From a virus (taxonomy: Duplodnaviria; Heunggongvirae; Uroviricota; Caudoviricetes): a DNA stretch of 9,411 nt. Shown here one piece after another: positions 1 through 7,147 of the stretch. The translations under genes and the position numbers were made by a program. Below the pieces are notes generated by a model. That model did not search any database, was not told the origin of the DNA, and saw only the letters and a program-made list of their open reading frames with translations. Where the stretch lies: the IMG/VR virus record IMGVR_UViG_3300023290_000120, one strand, 5' to 3'. Within the stretch, counting starts at the first letter, position 1. Every line of letters begins with the position of its first letter.

Positions 1-203
1 CGTCGGTGCGTAGCAACAGCCCGCAAGAAGAACGCTATGAGAAAAAAACGGCAAGTAACGGCAAATTCTATTTCAATCTGAAAGCCGCTAATCATCAAAT
101 TATCGGCTCCAGCCAGATGTACGCCACCGCGCAATCTCGTGAAACCGGAATTGCCTCCGTTAAAGCCAATGGCACAAGCCAGACGGTGAAAGACAATACG
201 TAA
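1..203 (+). CDS. yegP: YegP (DUF1508/UPF0339 family), C-terminal part; 5' end cut by window edge
   Basis: The frame is open from the window edge (codon phase from base 3) to TAA at 201-203. The translation ...SNSPQEERYEKKTASNGKFYFNLKAANHQIIGSSQMYATAQSRETGIASVKANGTSQTVKDNT matches the second DUF1508 repeat of E. coli YegP as I remember it. The ORF-track start at 6 is an internal GTG, not the true start. Its position just upstream of yegQ fits E. coli gene order. Confidence 0.8.
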   Translation, partial: SVRSNSPQEERYEKKTASNGKFYFNLKAANHQIIGSSQMYATAQSRETGIASVKANGTSQTVKDNT

Positions 204-210
204 TTACGAT

Positions 211-244
211 GCCGGGCGTGGGTTGTTGGCGTCCGGCTTTATAT
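211..244 (+). terminator. Probable intrinsic terminator of yegP
   Basis: Stem 211-218 gccgggcg pairs with 230-237 cgtccggc (8 bp, one G.U), with an 11-nt loop, followed by tttatat at 238-244. It begins 8 nt after the yegP stop. Confidence 0.5.
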
Positions 245-355
245 CCAAATAACGCTTAGTTATTAATAATTAAGAGTAACCGCCGCCATTAAAATAGTGG
301 GCACTGACGAGCACTCGTTGTGCTTTCTTTGTTTACCATCCCATACTTATCCTCC

Positions 356-367
356 TGAACATGTTCA
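356..367. promoter_or_regulatory. Perfect 12-bp palindrome TGAACATGTTCA upstream of the antitoxin gene; candidate operator
   Basis: Read directly: tgaacatgttca is its own reverse complement. It lies about 90 bp upstream of the antitoxin ATG in an AT-rich stretch. RHH antitoxins typically autoregulate through inverted repeats. No clear sigma70 -35/-10 pair could be assigned. Confidence 0.3.
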
Positions 368-456
368 TGTGCCAAAATATCTTCTAATACTTTCGTGACG
401 CTATCCGGTTTATGACATACACTGATGTAAGATTTTTACTTACAGGCGGGCGTAAA

Positions 457-708
457 ATGGCCAGAACGATGACGGTTGATCTCGGCGATGAGTTGCGTGA
501 ATTTATCGAGTCCTTAATTGAATCCGGCGACTATCGCACCCAAAGCGAAGTGATCCGTGAGTCACTGCGATTACTTCGAGAAAAGCAAGCAGAGTCTCGC
601 CTGCAAGCGTTACGTGACATGCTCGCAGAAGGGTTGAGTAGTGGTGAAGCTCAGCCGTGGGAAAAGGACGCGTTCTTACGGAAGGTGAAAGCAGGGATAA
701 GGAAATAA
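457..708 (+). CDS. ParD-family (ribbon-helix-helix, CopG/Arc-like) type II antitoxin, 83 aa
   Basis: Translation MARTMTVDLGDELREFIESLIESGDYRTQSEVIRESLRLLREKQAESRLQALRDM... has the N-terminal RHH pattern and size of ParD/COG3609 antitoxins. ATG at 457-459 has a GGCGGG purine-rich patch upstream. The stop TAA at 706-708 lies 1 nt before the toxin start. The track ORF begins at 412, but that 15-codon extension is not typical for the family. Confidence 0.8.
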   Translation: MARTMTVDLGDELREFIESLIESGDYRTQSEVIRESLRLLREKQAESRLQALRDMLAEGLSSGEAQPWEKDAFLRKVKAGIRK

Positions 709-709
709 T

Positions 710-1006
710 GTGCGTATTATTAAACTCATGCCAAAAGCCAATGAGGATTTAGAAGGCATCTGGTATTACAGCTATCACCATTTCGGCGAACCACAAGCCG
801 ACAGATATGTGGAACATCTTTCAGACGTTCTCCAGATTCTGAGTAACAATAATATAGGTACGCCCAGACCTGAATTAGGCGAAGGTATTTTTGTTCTTCC
901 TTTTGAACGCCACGTCATTTATTTCCTGCAATCACCAGGGGAAATTATCGTCATTCGTATCCTTAACCAAAACCAGGACGCCACCAGACATTTACACTGG
1001 AGCTAA
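710..1006 (+). CDS. ParE/RelE-family type II toxin, 98 aa
   Basis: GTG start at 710-712 is preceded by AAGGAA at 699-704. The N-terminal pattern MRIIKLMPKANEDLEGIWYY matches the ParE signature (hydrophobic strand, then A..DL..I..Y). The C-terminal HVIYFLQSPGEIIVIRILNQNQD matches the conserved ParE/RelE beta-sheet core. Size and antitoxin-first order are canonical. An alternative ATG start at 728 would remove the first beta-strand. Confidence 0.8.
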   Translation: MRIIKLMPKANEDLEGIWYYSYHHFGEPQADRYVEHLSDVLQILSNNNIGTPRPELGEGIFVLPFERHVIYFLQSPGEIIVIRILNQNQDATRHLHWS

Positions 1007-1058
1007 ACCCGCCGATTGCGCTACAATGCCCGCCCTTAAAGTGGGGGCACTCCCCTAA

Positions 1059-1079
1059 CCGCTTCATCAGGTGAAGCGG
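1059..1079. other. Perfect stem-loop (8-bp stem ccgcttca/tgaagcgg, 5-nt loop) between the toxin gene and yegQ
   Basis: Read directly from the sequence. There is no downstream U-run, so it is not a classical intrinsic terminator. It could be an RNA-stability or processing element, or the edge of the TA insertion. Confidence 0.3.
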
Positions 1080-1108
1080 ATCTGACCTGTCATCAGAACG
1101 AGAGAATT

Positions 1109-2470
1109 ATGTTTAAACCGGAACTCCTTTCCCCGGCGGGAACGCTGAAAAATATGCGTTACGCTTTCGCTTATGGCGCAGATGCTGTTTATGCGGGCCA
1201 GCCGCGTTATTCCCTGCGTGTGCGCAACAACGAATTCAACCACGAAAATCTTCAGCTCGGCATCAATGAAGCCCACGCGCTGGGGAAAAAGTTTTATGTC
1301 GTGGTCAACATTGCACCGCACAACGCCAAGCTGAAAACCTTTATCCGTGACCTGAAACCGGTGGTGGAAATGGGGCCGGATGCGCTGATTATGTCCGATC
1401 CAGGGCTGATTATGCTGGTGCGTGAGCACTTCCCTGAAATGCCGATCCACCTTTCGGTGCAGGCTAACGCCGTGAACTGGGCGACGGTGAAATTCTGGCA
1501 GCAAATGGGCCTGACCCGCGTGATCCTCTCTCGCGAGCTGTCGCTGGAAGAGATTGAAGAGATCCGCAATCAGGTGCCGGATATGGAGATCGAGATCTTC
1601 GTTCACGGCGCGCTGTGCATGGCCTACTCCGGTCGCTGCCTGCTCTCTGGCTATATCAACAAGCGCGACCCGAACCAGGGCACCTGCACCAACGCCTGCC
1701 GCTGGGAGTACAATGTCCAGGAAGGGAAAGAAGATGACGTCGGCAACATCGTACACAAGTACGAGCCGATTCCGGTGCAAAATGTTGAGCCGACGCTGGG
1801 TATCGGCGCGCCAACCGACAAAGTGTTTATGATCGAAGAAGCCCAGCGTCCGGGCGAGTATATGACCGCGTTTGAAGATGAGCACGGCACTTACATCATG
1901 AACTCGAAAGATCTGCGCGCCATCGCCCATGTAGAACGCCTGACCAAAATGGGCGTGCATTCGCTGAAAATCGAAGGTCGTACCAAATCTTTCTACTATT
2001 GTGCACGCACCGCACAGGTTTACCGCAAAGCTATCGATGACGCCGCTGCGGGAAAACCGTTCGATACCAGCCTGCTGGAAACTCTGGAAGGTCTGGCGCA
2101 TCGTGGCTATACCGAAGGTTTCCTGCGTCGTCATACTCACGACGATTATCAGAACTACGAATACGGTTATTCAGTTTCTGACCGCCAGCAGTTTGTTGGT
2201 GAGTTTACCGGTGAGCGCAAGGGGGACCTCGCGGCGGTAGCGGTGAAAAATAAATTCTCCGTTGGCGACAGCCTTGAGCTGATGACGCCGCAAGGCAACA
2301 TTAACTTTACCCTTGAGCATATGGAAAACGCCAAAGGTGAAGCGATGCCGGTCGCACCAGGCGATGGTTATACTGTGTGGCTCCCGGTGCCGCAGGATCT
2401 TGAGCTAAATTACGCGCTGCTGATGCGTAATTTCTCCGGGGAAACCACGCGTAACCCCCACGGTAAGTGA
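1109..2470 (+). CDS. yegQ: Peptidase U32-family protein YegQ (TrhP, tRNA U34 hydroxylation)
   Basis: Uninterrupted 453-aa ORF with ATG at 1109 and GAGAG upstream. The protein, with its conserved Cys-rich block CTNACRWEY and MFKPELLSPAGTLKNMRYAF start, matches E. coli YegQ as I recall it. The 357-aa ORF on the opposite strand is a shadow frame. Confidence 0.95.
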   Translation: MFKPELLSPAGTLKNMRYAFAYGADAVYAGQPRYSLRVRNNEFNHENLQLGINEAHALGKKFYVVVNIAPHNAKLKTFIRDLKPVVEMGPDALIMSDPGLIMLVREHFPEMPIHLSVQANAVNWATVKFWQQMGLTRVILSRELSLEEIEEIRNQVPDMEIEIFVHGALCMAYSGRCLLSGYINKRDPNQGTCTNACRWEYNVQEGKEDDVGNIVHKYEPIPVQNVEPTLGIGAPTDKVFMIEEAQRPGEYMTAFEDEHGTYIMNSKDLRAIAHVERLTKMGVHSLKIEGRTKSFYYCARTAQVYRKAIDDAAAGKPFDTSLLETLEGLAHRGYTEGFLRRHTHDDYQNYEYGYSVSDRQQFVGEFTGERKGDLAAVAVKNKFSVGDSLELMTPQGNINFTLEHMENAKGEAMPVAPGDGYTVWLPVPQDLELNYALLMRNFSGETTRNPHGK

Positions 2471-2501
2471 TTAATTTCGATTATTTTTCCCGGATGGAAA
2501 A

Positions 2502-2547
2502 TTCTTAGAAACCGATCACATACAGCTGCATTTATTAAGGTTATCAT
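2502..2547 (+). promoter_or_regulatory. cyaR promoter region: putative CRP site (about 2502-2523, TCACA half-site at 2516-2520) and -10-like TATCAT (2542-2547)
   Basis: TATCAT ends 7 nt before the inferred CyaR 5' end. The TCACA half-site puts a CRP site centre near -42, consistent with the known class II CRP dependence of cyaR. The left half-site is degenerate (ttaga), so exact boundaries are uncertain. Confidence 0.4.
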
Positions 2548-2606
2548 CCGTTTCGCTGAAAAACATAACCCATAAAATGCTAGCTGTACCAGGAACCACC
2601 TCCTTA

Positions 2607-2641
2607 GCCTGTGTAATCTCCCTTACACGGGCTTATTTTTT
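2607..2641 (+). terminator. CyaR intrinsic terminator
   Basis: Stem 2607-2616 gcctgtgtaa pairs with 2623-2632 ttacacgggc (10 bp, one G.U), loop tctccc, followed by ttatttttt at 2633-2641. Confidence 0.75.
2615..2641. other. P2-type attachment-site core (27 bp) at the prophage/host junction, inside the CyaR terminator
   Basis: aatctcccttacacgggcttatttttt is the reverse complement of AAAAAATAAGCCCGTGTAAGGGAGATT, which I recall as the P2 att core. It lies about 100 bp from the ogr stop, where P2 places attP relative to ogr. Confidence 0.75.
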
Positions 2642-2682
2642 ACGCGTAATACAATGAAATAAAAGGATTTATTTCTGGTCAC

Positions 2683-2700
2683 GTCCACACATTGACCACA
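2683..2700 (-). promoter_or_regulatory. Two direct repeats (- strand TGTGGTCA ... TGTGGACG, 11 bp apart) in the att arm; candidate integrase arm-type sites
   Basis: Seen on the + strand as gtccaca (2683-2689) and gaccaca (2694-2700), one helical turn apart, between the att core and ogr. I recall the P2 Int arm-site consensus as TGTGGACA-like, but I am not certain of that. Confidence 0.25.
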
Positions 2701-2703
2701 TCG

Positions 2704-2731
2704 ACAAAAAAGCCCCTCGACTGAGGGGCTT
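2704..2731 (-). terminator. Intrinsic terminator downstream of ogr
   Basis: Perfect hairpin gcccctc / gact / gaggggc (2712-2729, extendable to 9 bp), followed on the - strand by a U-run (+ strand aaaaaa at 2706-2711). It starts about 12 nt after the ogr stop. Confidence 0.7.
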
Positions 2732-2742
2732 CCTGTTTGTAA

Positions 2743-2961
2743 TTACATCCACATAATTTGCTGCCCTGACGGCAACGGGTGCGGTCTTACGGCGTGGACT
2801 TCTCCCGGCTTCACGATGTATCGCTGTACCGACTCATAAGTGATGAACGTGGCGCTGCAATTCACGTTCTGGCACTGGTGATAACGCTCTTTTGTCGTGT
2901 CAGTGATATAGCGACTTGTACGCGCATGTGCGGCATGCTGGCATAAAGGACAATGAAACAT
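2743..2961 (-). CDS. ogr: Ogr, zinc-finger activator of P2 late transcription, 72 aa
   Basis: Translation MFHCPLCQHAAHARTSRYITDTTKERYHQCQNVNCSATFITYESVQRYIVKPGEVHAVRPHPLPSGQQIMWM has the Cys-X2-Cys-X22-Cys-X4-Cys Ogr/Delta zinc-finger spacing. ATG at 2959-2961 (+ strand cat) has GAAGAGG upstream. The 93-aa track ORF adds 21 in-frame codons that are not part of Ogr. Confidence 0.9.
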   Translation of the reverse strand: MFHCPLCQHAAHARTSRYITDTTKERYHQCQNVNCSATFITYESVQRYIVKPGEVHAVRPHPLPSGQQIMWM

Positions 2962-3042
2962 CGCGAGCACCTCTTCCGGTTTTGTTGATGGTGCTATTTT
3001 AGTCAATTTATCCTTATAAAACAAACAGATAAAATAAAGACA
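2962..3042 (-). promoter_or_regulatory. ogr upstream region with a -35-like TTGACT (+ coordinates 3001-3006)
   Basis: TTGACT is read directly on the - strand. No convincing -10 sits at 16-18 bp spacing, so the promoter assignment is tentative. Confidence 0.25.
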
Positions 3043-4206
3043 TCACTCATCATCTTCTGTTTCGTACTCCACATCAGAAAGCCTGACCTCAAGCTCCAAG
3101 GACGTCGTGAAGCCGCTATTATTCAGAAAATGTGTCACCTTAGTGATTGTCCAGTCCTGCTCGTCTATGACGCGCTTAAAGCCTGACACTTTAACCGGTG
3201 TTTCCGTGTAAATATCTGCCCGACCGGTAGCCAGGCTGATGGAGAACTCCGCAACGCCCCGTTGCAGTTTGTCCCACTTCGCCTGAGCGGCGCGCATGGC
3301 CTGCGCTTTCGTGGCATATACCGTGGTCAGGGCAAAAACGTTGTCAGCCTCACCGGCCATGTATTCACCTTCACGCGCTTCCGGTACTTTAGGCGCTTTC
3401 TTCTGCCTGACCGGTTTCGCTTTCGGGTGCTCCAGTGCGCGCAGGTGTTTCTCTTTCTTTTTGCGTTTCAGTTTTACCTTCTGCTTTTGCGGCTTCGGGT
3501 CTTTGGTGTGTAACCACTTTGCCGTTACGCCGGTATAGGCTCCACGATCAGCAATCGCAAAATGATGACGGTCACCGTCGCTGCGGGTGATGGTAATCTG
3601 CGGGATTTTTTTACCGCTGGCAGTCACCCCCTGCCCCGCTTTGAGAAACAGCAGTTTTCCCATTTTTACCGACACCTCACCGCCGTTGCGTTCAGCAAGA
3701 CGGGTCAGGAATTTCGCATCAGACTCCTGCGACTGGTCGATGTGCGGGATTTTAATTCCGGCCAGTGACGGAGCAACACGGGCTTCCAGCCTGTTACGGG
3801 AGGCTATCGCCTCAACAATCGCACCGAGCGTGGTGTCATGCCAGGAGCCTTCCCGGCGGGAATTGAGCGTCCCGCGAAAATCTGCACTCCGGGCGCGGAT
3901 GGTGACCACATCCGGCGCGCCCCGGTGTTCAACCTCATCAACGGTAAATTTCCCTTTGCATACCAGGGCAAAACCTTTCCAGCCGATATACACCGTCAGG
4001 ACAGCGCCACGAACCGGCAGCCCGACCTGCCCGTCGGCATCGTTCAGTTCAATATCAAGCTGGTCAGCCTCAAAGCCCCGGTTATCCGTCAGGGTCATGC
4101 TCATCAGACGGTCGCTGATATTGCCGGTAATATCCCTGCTGTCGAGCATCAGCATGTAATCCGGCGTCAGCGTACTGCCTGCATCAAATGTCAGCGCATC
4201 CAGCAT
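3043..4206 (-). CDS. D: P2 gpD-like tail protein (late control gene D family), 387 aa
   Basis: 387-aa ORF in the P2 position between U and ogr. Its ATG overlaps the U stop as TAATG. It contains an internal Lys/Pro-rich basic linker. Confidence 0.9.
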   Translation of the reverse strand: MLDALTFDAGSTLTPDYMLMLDSRDITGNISDRLMSMTLTDNRGFEADQLDIELNDADGQVGLPVRGAVLTVYIGWKGFALVCKGKFTVDEVEHRGAPDVVTIRARSADFRGTLNSRREGSWHDTTLGAIVEAIASRNRLEARVAPSLAGIKIPHIDQSQESDAKFLTRLAERNGGEVSVKMGKLLFLKAGQGVTASGKKIPQITITRSDGDRHHFAIADRGAYTGVTAKWLHTKDPKPQKQKVKLKRKKKEKHLRALEHPKAKPVRQKKAPKVPEAREGEYMAGEADNVFALTTVYATKAQAMRAAQAKWDKLQRGVAEFSISLATGRADIYTETPVKVSGFKRVIDEQDWTITKVTHFLNNSGFTTSLELEVRLSDVEYETEDDE

Positions 4207-4685
4207 TATCCCGCCCCCGTCATACCCGTGAATTTAGTCGCCATACTGCCAGCCTTACCGATGAGCGATTCCGCCTGTTTACCGATATCGCCATAAAGCG
4301 CGGCCAGTGATTCATCCACGCGGGTGAGTGACAGCGTAAAATCAATTTTCCGGGGTGTGCCGTCTGCAAAGAAAATACTCCCTGTTTCACTCACCCTGCT
4401 GATGACATACATGCCGTAAATCATGCCGGTGCCATCCAGCAACGGCCACGCCCGGCCTTCCTCTGCCATCAGTCTGAGCGTGGTCATCGTCAGCTTTCCG
4501 CCGGTCAGTTCAGGATAAAGCACACCGGCAAGCGTAATGTTTTCCTCACCCACACCGAGAAACTGGTAGGCATCCCGTTTACCGATACGGGAATTTGACG
4601 GCCAGCGATAATCTGATTCACGCTGCATGGTCTGGTGTGGCAGCGTCTGGCGCATAAAAACAAACATACCTAACGCGAGCATCAT
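4206..4685 (-). CDS. U: P2 gpU-like tail protein, 159 aa
   Basis: 159-aa ORF in the P2 position. AGGAGG lies 7 nt upstream of the ATG, and the stop overlaps the D start. Confidence 0.9.
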   Translation of the reverse strand: MMLALGMFVFMRQTLPHQTMQRESDYRWPSNSRIGKRDAYQFLGVGEENITLAGVLYPELTGGKLTMTTLRLMAEEGRAWPLLDGTGMIYGMYVISRVSETGSIFFADGTPRKIDFTLSLTRVDESLAALYGDIGKQAESLIGKAGSMATKFTGMTGAG

Positions 4686-4699
4686 TTTTCGTCACCTCC

Positions 4700-7147
4700 T
4701 TAACCGTCATGCATCATGCTGGCACGGGCGCGCGCACGTTTATCCCGCTCGTATTTTTCGAGTGCATCCTGTAACTGGCGGTCGAGCTGTGTCCCCGGCG
4801 CAGTACCGCCCGTCAGGTTGATGTGATATTCGTTTTTACTCTGGTCCACATAAGAGCGGCCAGCCGGTGCCGTGACCGGCTGATAAGCCTGATAACCTGC
4901 ATAAGAGCTGGCCGCCGGAATATAACCACCGGTGCCATACGTGGCGGCATGAGTTCTGGCGGCGGTCTGGTCAAGCGTGCCTGACTCTTTGTTGATAACG
5001 CCGAGTTTTTCCAGTACCCAGTCAATACCGCCGCGCAGTTTGTTGAACGCATTAAGCGGCAGCATCAGCGCGTCAGCCAGTGCCTGCCCGAACATGACGC
5101 CAGTATCACGGCAACGGTTCAGGGTGTCCTGGGTGGCTTTGACCGGGGCAATCAGGTTTTTAAACCACTGCCACGCGGCCTGTAACTTTTCACCCAGCCA
5201 GTCAAACACCGGCTTAAGTGGCGTGAACAGTTCCCCCACCGGCGCAAATGCCGCTTTCAGCCCTTCAACCACACCGCCGAAGAATGCGCTGACAGGCTCC
5301 CAGTATTTACGGATAAGCAACGCCCCGGCGACAATTGCGGCCACCACGGCCACAACCGGCCAGCTAATCGCCCCGATGGCGGTCATAACAGCACTGCCAA
5401 CCGTCATGAAGACTGCCCCCATTGCGCCTGCTGCCGCGATGATGGCATTGATGCCGGTGATAACCGGCCAGGCTACGAGGCCAATGGCACCGATGATGCC
5501 AATCAGCGCCAGCGCGCCACCGACAATGAGGCCGATGGTTGACGCCAGTGATTTGTTTTTCTGGATCCAGCCGTCGAGTTTTAACACATACTTTGTGGCC
5601 GTCTGCGTGAGCTTACGCAGTGCGCCTTCCTGCTGGTCAAACAGGTCTGTCCCCACCGCCTCATAAGCGGACTGAAACTCCTTAAAGTCACCGCCGAGGT
5701 TGTCCTGCATGATATTTACCAGCTCGGCAGTCTTCCCGTCTGAGGCTTTAAACGCAGCGGTCAGTTTGTCCAGCTTTCCGGTTGAGGCGGCAGTCATCAG
5801 CACGGCGGCGGCTGAGCTGGCCTCCTCCCCGAAAATAGTTTTCATGTATTCAGCCTGCTGGGCAGTACCGAGCCGGTTTTTCTCAAAACTGGCCTGCATT
5901 TCTTTCAGAATGGTAAATATTGGCCGGGTGTTTCCCTTGCTGTCTGAGGTTTTCACTCCAAGCTCTTTGAGTGCATCCCATGCTTTTCCCGTCGGTGCCT
6001 GCAGGCGGCTTAACACGGCACGGCTTCCCGTCCCCGCCATTGAGCCTGTGATTTTTGCATCATGCAGCGCCCCGACCATTGCGGCGGTTTCTTCAATGCT
6101 GACACCGGCATTTTTTGCCACAGGTGCGGCATAGGTCAGCGCATCGCTCATACCGTCAAAATCGGCGGCGGTTTTGTTCATCGTCATGGAGAGAACATCC
6201 CCGATATGAGCAACCTTATCGTTTGAAAGCTGAAAGGCAGATTTCATCCCCATCAGCAGGGCGGCGTTTTCTTCCATCGTGCGACGGTTCGCCAGCGCCA
6301 TATTCAGCGTGACCGGCGTTGCCGCCTGAATGGCATCAACATCCCCACCCGCTTTCGCGATGATTATCTGTGCACCGGCCGCATCATCCGCCGAGGCGGC
6401 GGTATTGTCGCCGAGCTGGCGCGCCTGCTTGCGTAGCGCGGCCATTTCGGCGGAGTCTTTTGCCACACCGAGCACGGCCTGTAATTCTGAGTTTTTCTGC
6501 GCAAATTCATAACCGGGCATCAGCAGCTTAACACCGGCCATCGTTCCCGCCGCCGCAATCCCCACACCGGCAGCGCCCACTGAGGCCATATTTCCGGCCA
6601 GCTCCTTTCCTGCCTGATAGCGCTGTTTTACTGCGTTAAGTTTTGCCTGTTGCGCACTGACACGCGCCAGCGCGTCACGCTGCCGGTTAAGCTGTGCGGT
6701 GGTTTCACTGATACGGTTTTTCAGTCCCTGCTCATCATGTGCAAGATTGCGGGTATTAATTCCCACAGCGGCCAGTTCCCGCTGCTGGCGTTTAACGGAA
6801 TCCGTCAGGCGGTTATATTTCGCCTGTAAGTCCTCCGCCGCTCGCTTTGCGGATTCCAGCACTTTCGCCTGAGCACGGGTCGGACGTTCGGTGTTTTTAA
6901 ACTGTGTGGCAAGGGCTTCGGCTTCCTGCCGTGCCTTTTCAAGTGCATGACCAGTCACGGCGAGCTGCGCACTGGTCTTGCGAAATCCCTCAATACGGGA
7001 TGCGTGACCGTTCAGCTCGCGCAGTGATTTTTGTGTTTCCCGGATATCCCCCGACAGCGACTTGCTCGCTGTGCGGATGGATTTAAACGGGCGGGATGCC
7101 TGGTCAACAGCCCTGAGCAATACCTGTAATTTTACATTGTTACTCAT
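4700..7147 (-). CDS. T: P2 gpT-like tail tape measure protein, 815 aa
   Basis: 815-aa ORF with a coiled-coil-like N-terminal half (Ala, Gln, Arg, Leu-rich heptads) and a long Gly/Ala/Ile-rich hydrophobic segment (IGLIVGGALALIGIIGAIG...), both typical of tape measure proteins. It sits between E/E' and U. Confidence 0.9.
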   Translation of the reverse strand: MSNNVKLQVLLRAVDQASRPFKSIRTASKSLSGDIRETQKSLRELNGHASRIEGFRKTSAQLAVTGHALEKARQEAEALATQFKNTERPTRAQAKVLESAKRAAEDLQAKYNRLTDSVKRQQRELAAVGINTRNLAHDEQGLKNRISETTAQLNRQRDALARVSAQQAKLNAVKQRYQAGKELAGNMASVGAAGVGIAAAGTMAGVKLLMPGYEFAQKNSELQAVLGVAKDSAEMAALRKQARQLGDNTAASADDAAGAQIIIAKAGGDVDAIQAATPVTLNMALANRRTMEENAALLMGMKSAFQLSNDKVAHIGDVLSMTMNKTAADFDGMSDALTYAAPVAKNAGVSIEETAAMVGALHDAKITGSMAGTGSRAVLSRLQAPTGKAWDALKELGVKTSDSKGNTRPIFTILKEMQASFEKNRLGTAQQAEYMKTIFGEEASSAAAVLMTAASTGKLDKLTAAFKASDGKTAELVNIMQDNLGGDFKEFQSAYEAVGTDLFDQQEGALRKLTQTATKYVLKLDGWIQKNKSLASTIGLIVGGALALIGIIGAIGLVAWPVITGINAIIAAAGAMGAVFMTVGSAVMTAIGAISWPVVAVVAAIVAGALLIRKYWEPVSAFFGGVVEGLKAAFAPVGELFTPLKPVFDWLGEKLQAAWQWFKNLIAPVKATQDTLNRCRDTGVMFGQALADALMLPLNAFNKLRGGIDWVLEKLGVINKESGTLDQTAARTHAATYGTGGYIPAASSYAGYQAYQPVTAPAGRSYVDQSKNEYHINLTGGTAPGTQLDRQLQDALEKYERDKRARARASMMHDG

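Larger units (their letters stand above)
2555..2641 (+). ncRNA. cyaR: CyaR (RyeE) Hfq-dependent, CRP-activated small RNA, about 87 nt
   Basis: The sequence gctgaaaaacataacccataaaatgctagctgtaccaggaaccacctccttagcctgtgtaatctcccttacacgggcttatttttt matches CyaR as I remember it, including the anti-SD-like seed CACCUCCUUA and a 3' terminator. Its position between yegQ and the P2-type ogr gene matches the E. coli K-12 arrangement (yegQ-cyaR-ogrK). Confidence 0.85.

Noticed and set aside
412-456. Upstream ATG giving a 98-aa antitoxin
   Set aside because: The family is typically about 80 aa and begins close to the RHH beta-strand. The ATG at 457 gives an 83-aa product with a purine-rich patch upstream. 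The longer form cannot be excluded without experimental start mapping.
1067-2140. 357-aa ORF on the - strand inside yegQ
   Set aside because: It is fully antisense to a conserved, uninterrupted peptidase U32 gene, and its composition (Arg, His, Val, Phe-rich) has no recognisable family. It is a typical shadow frame of a GC-rich gene. The smaller ORFs at 1294-1569, 1554-1832, 1651-1890 and 2001-2240 are rejected for the same reason.
2471-2742. Possible tRNA or CRISPR element at the integration site
   Set aside because: There is no cloverleaf-compatible sequence and no repeat-spacer periodicity. The integration target is the CyaR sRNA terminator.
2962-3024. 21-codon N-terminal extension of ogr in the 93-aa track ORF
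   Set aside because: The zinc-finger protein begins at MFHCPLC with its own ribosome-binding site. The extension would run into the ogr promoter region and is not part of known Ogr proteins.
3262-4296. Several + strand ORFs (68-190 aa) overlapping gene D
   Set aside because: They are antisense to an intact 387-aa phage tail gene. Their Arg/Ser/Pro-rich low-complexity translations are typical of reverse frames, with no start context.
4627-6512. + strand ORFs (64-229 aa) overlapping T and U
   Set aside because: They are antisense shadow frames of the Ala-rich tape measure gene. The 229-aa and 144-aa products are Ala/Ser/Pro/Thr low-complexity with no family resemblance.
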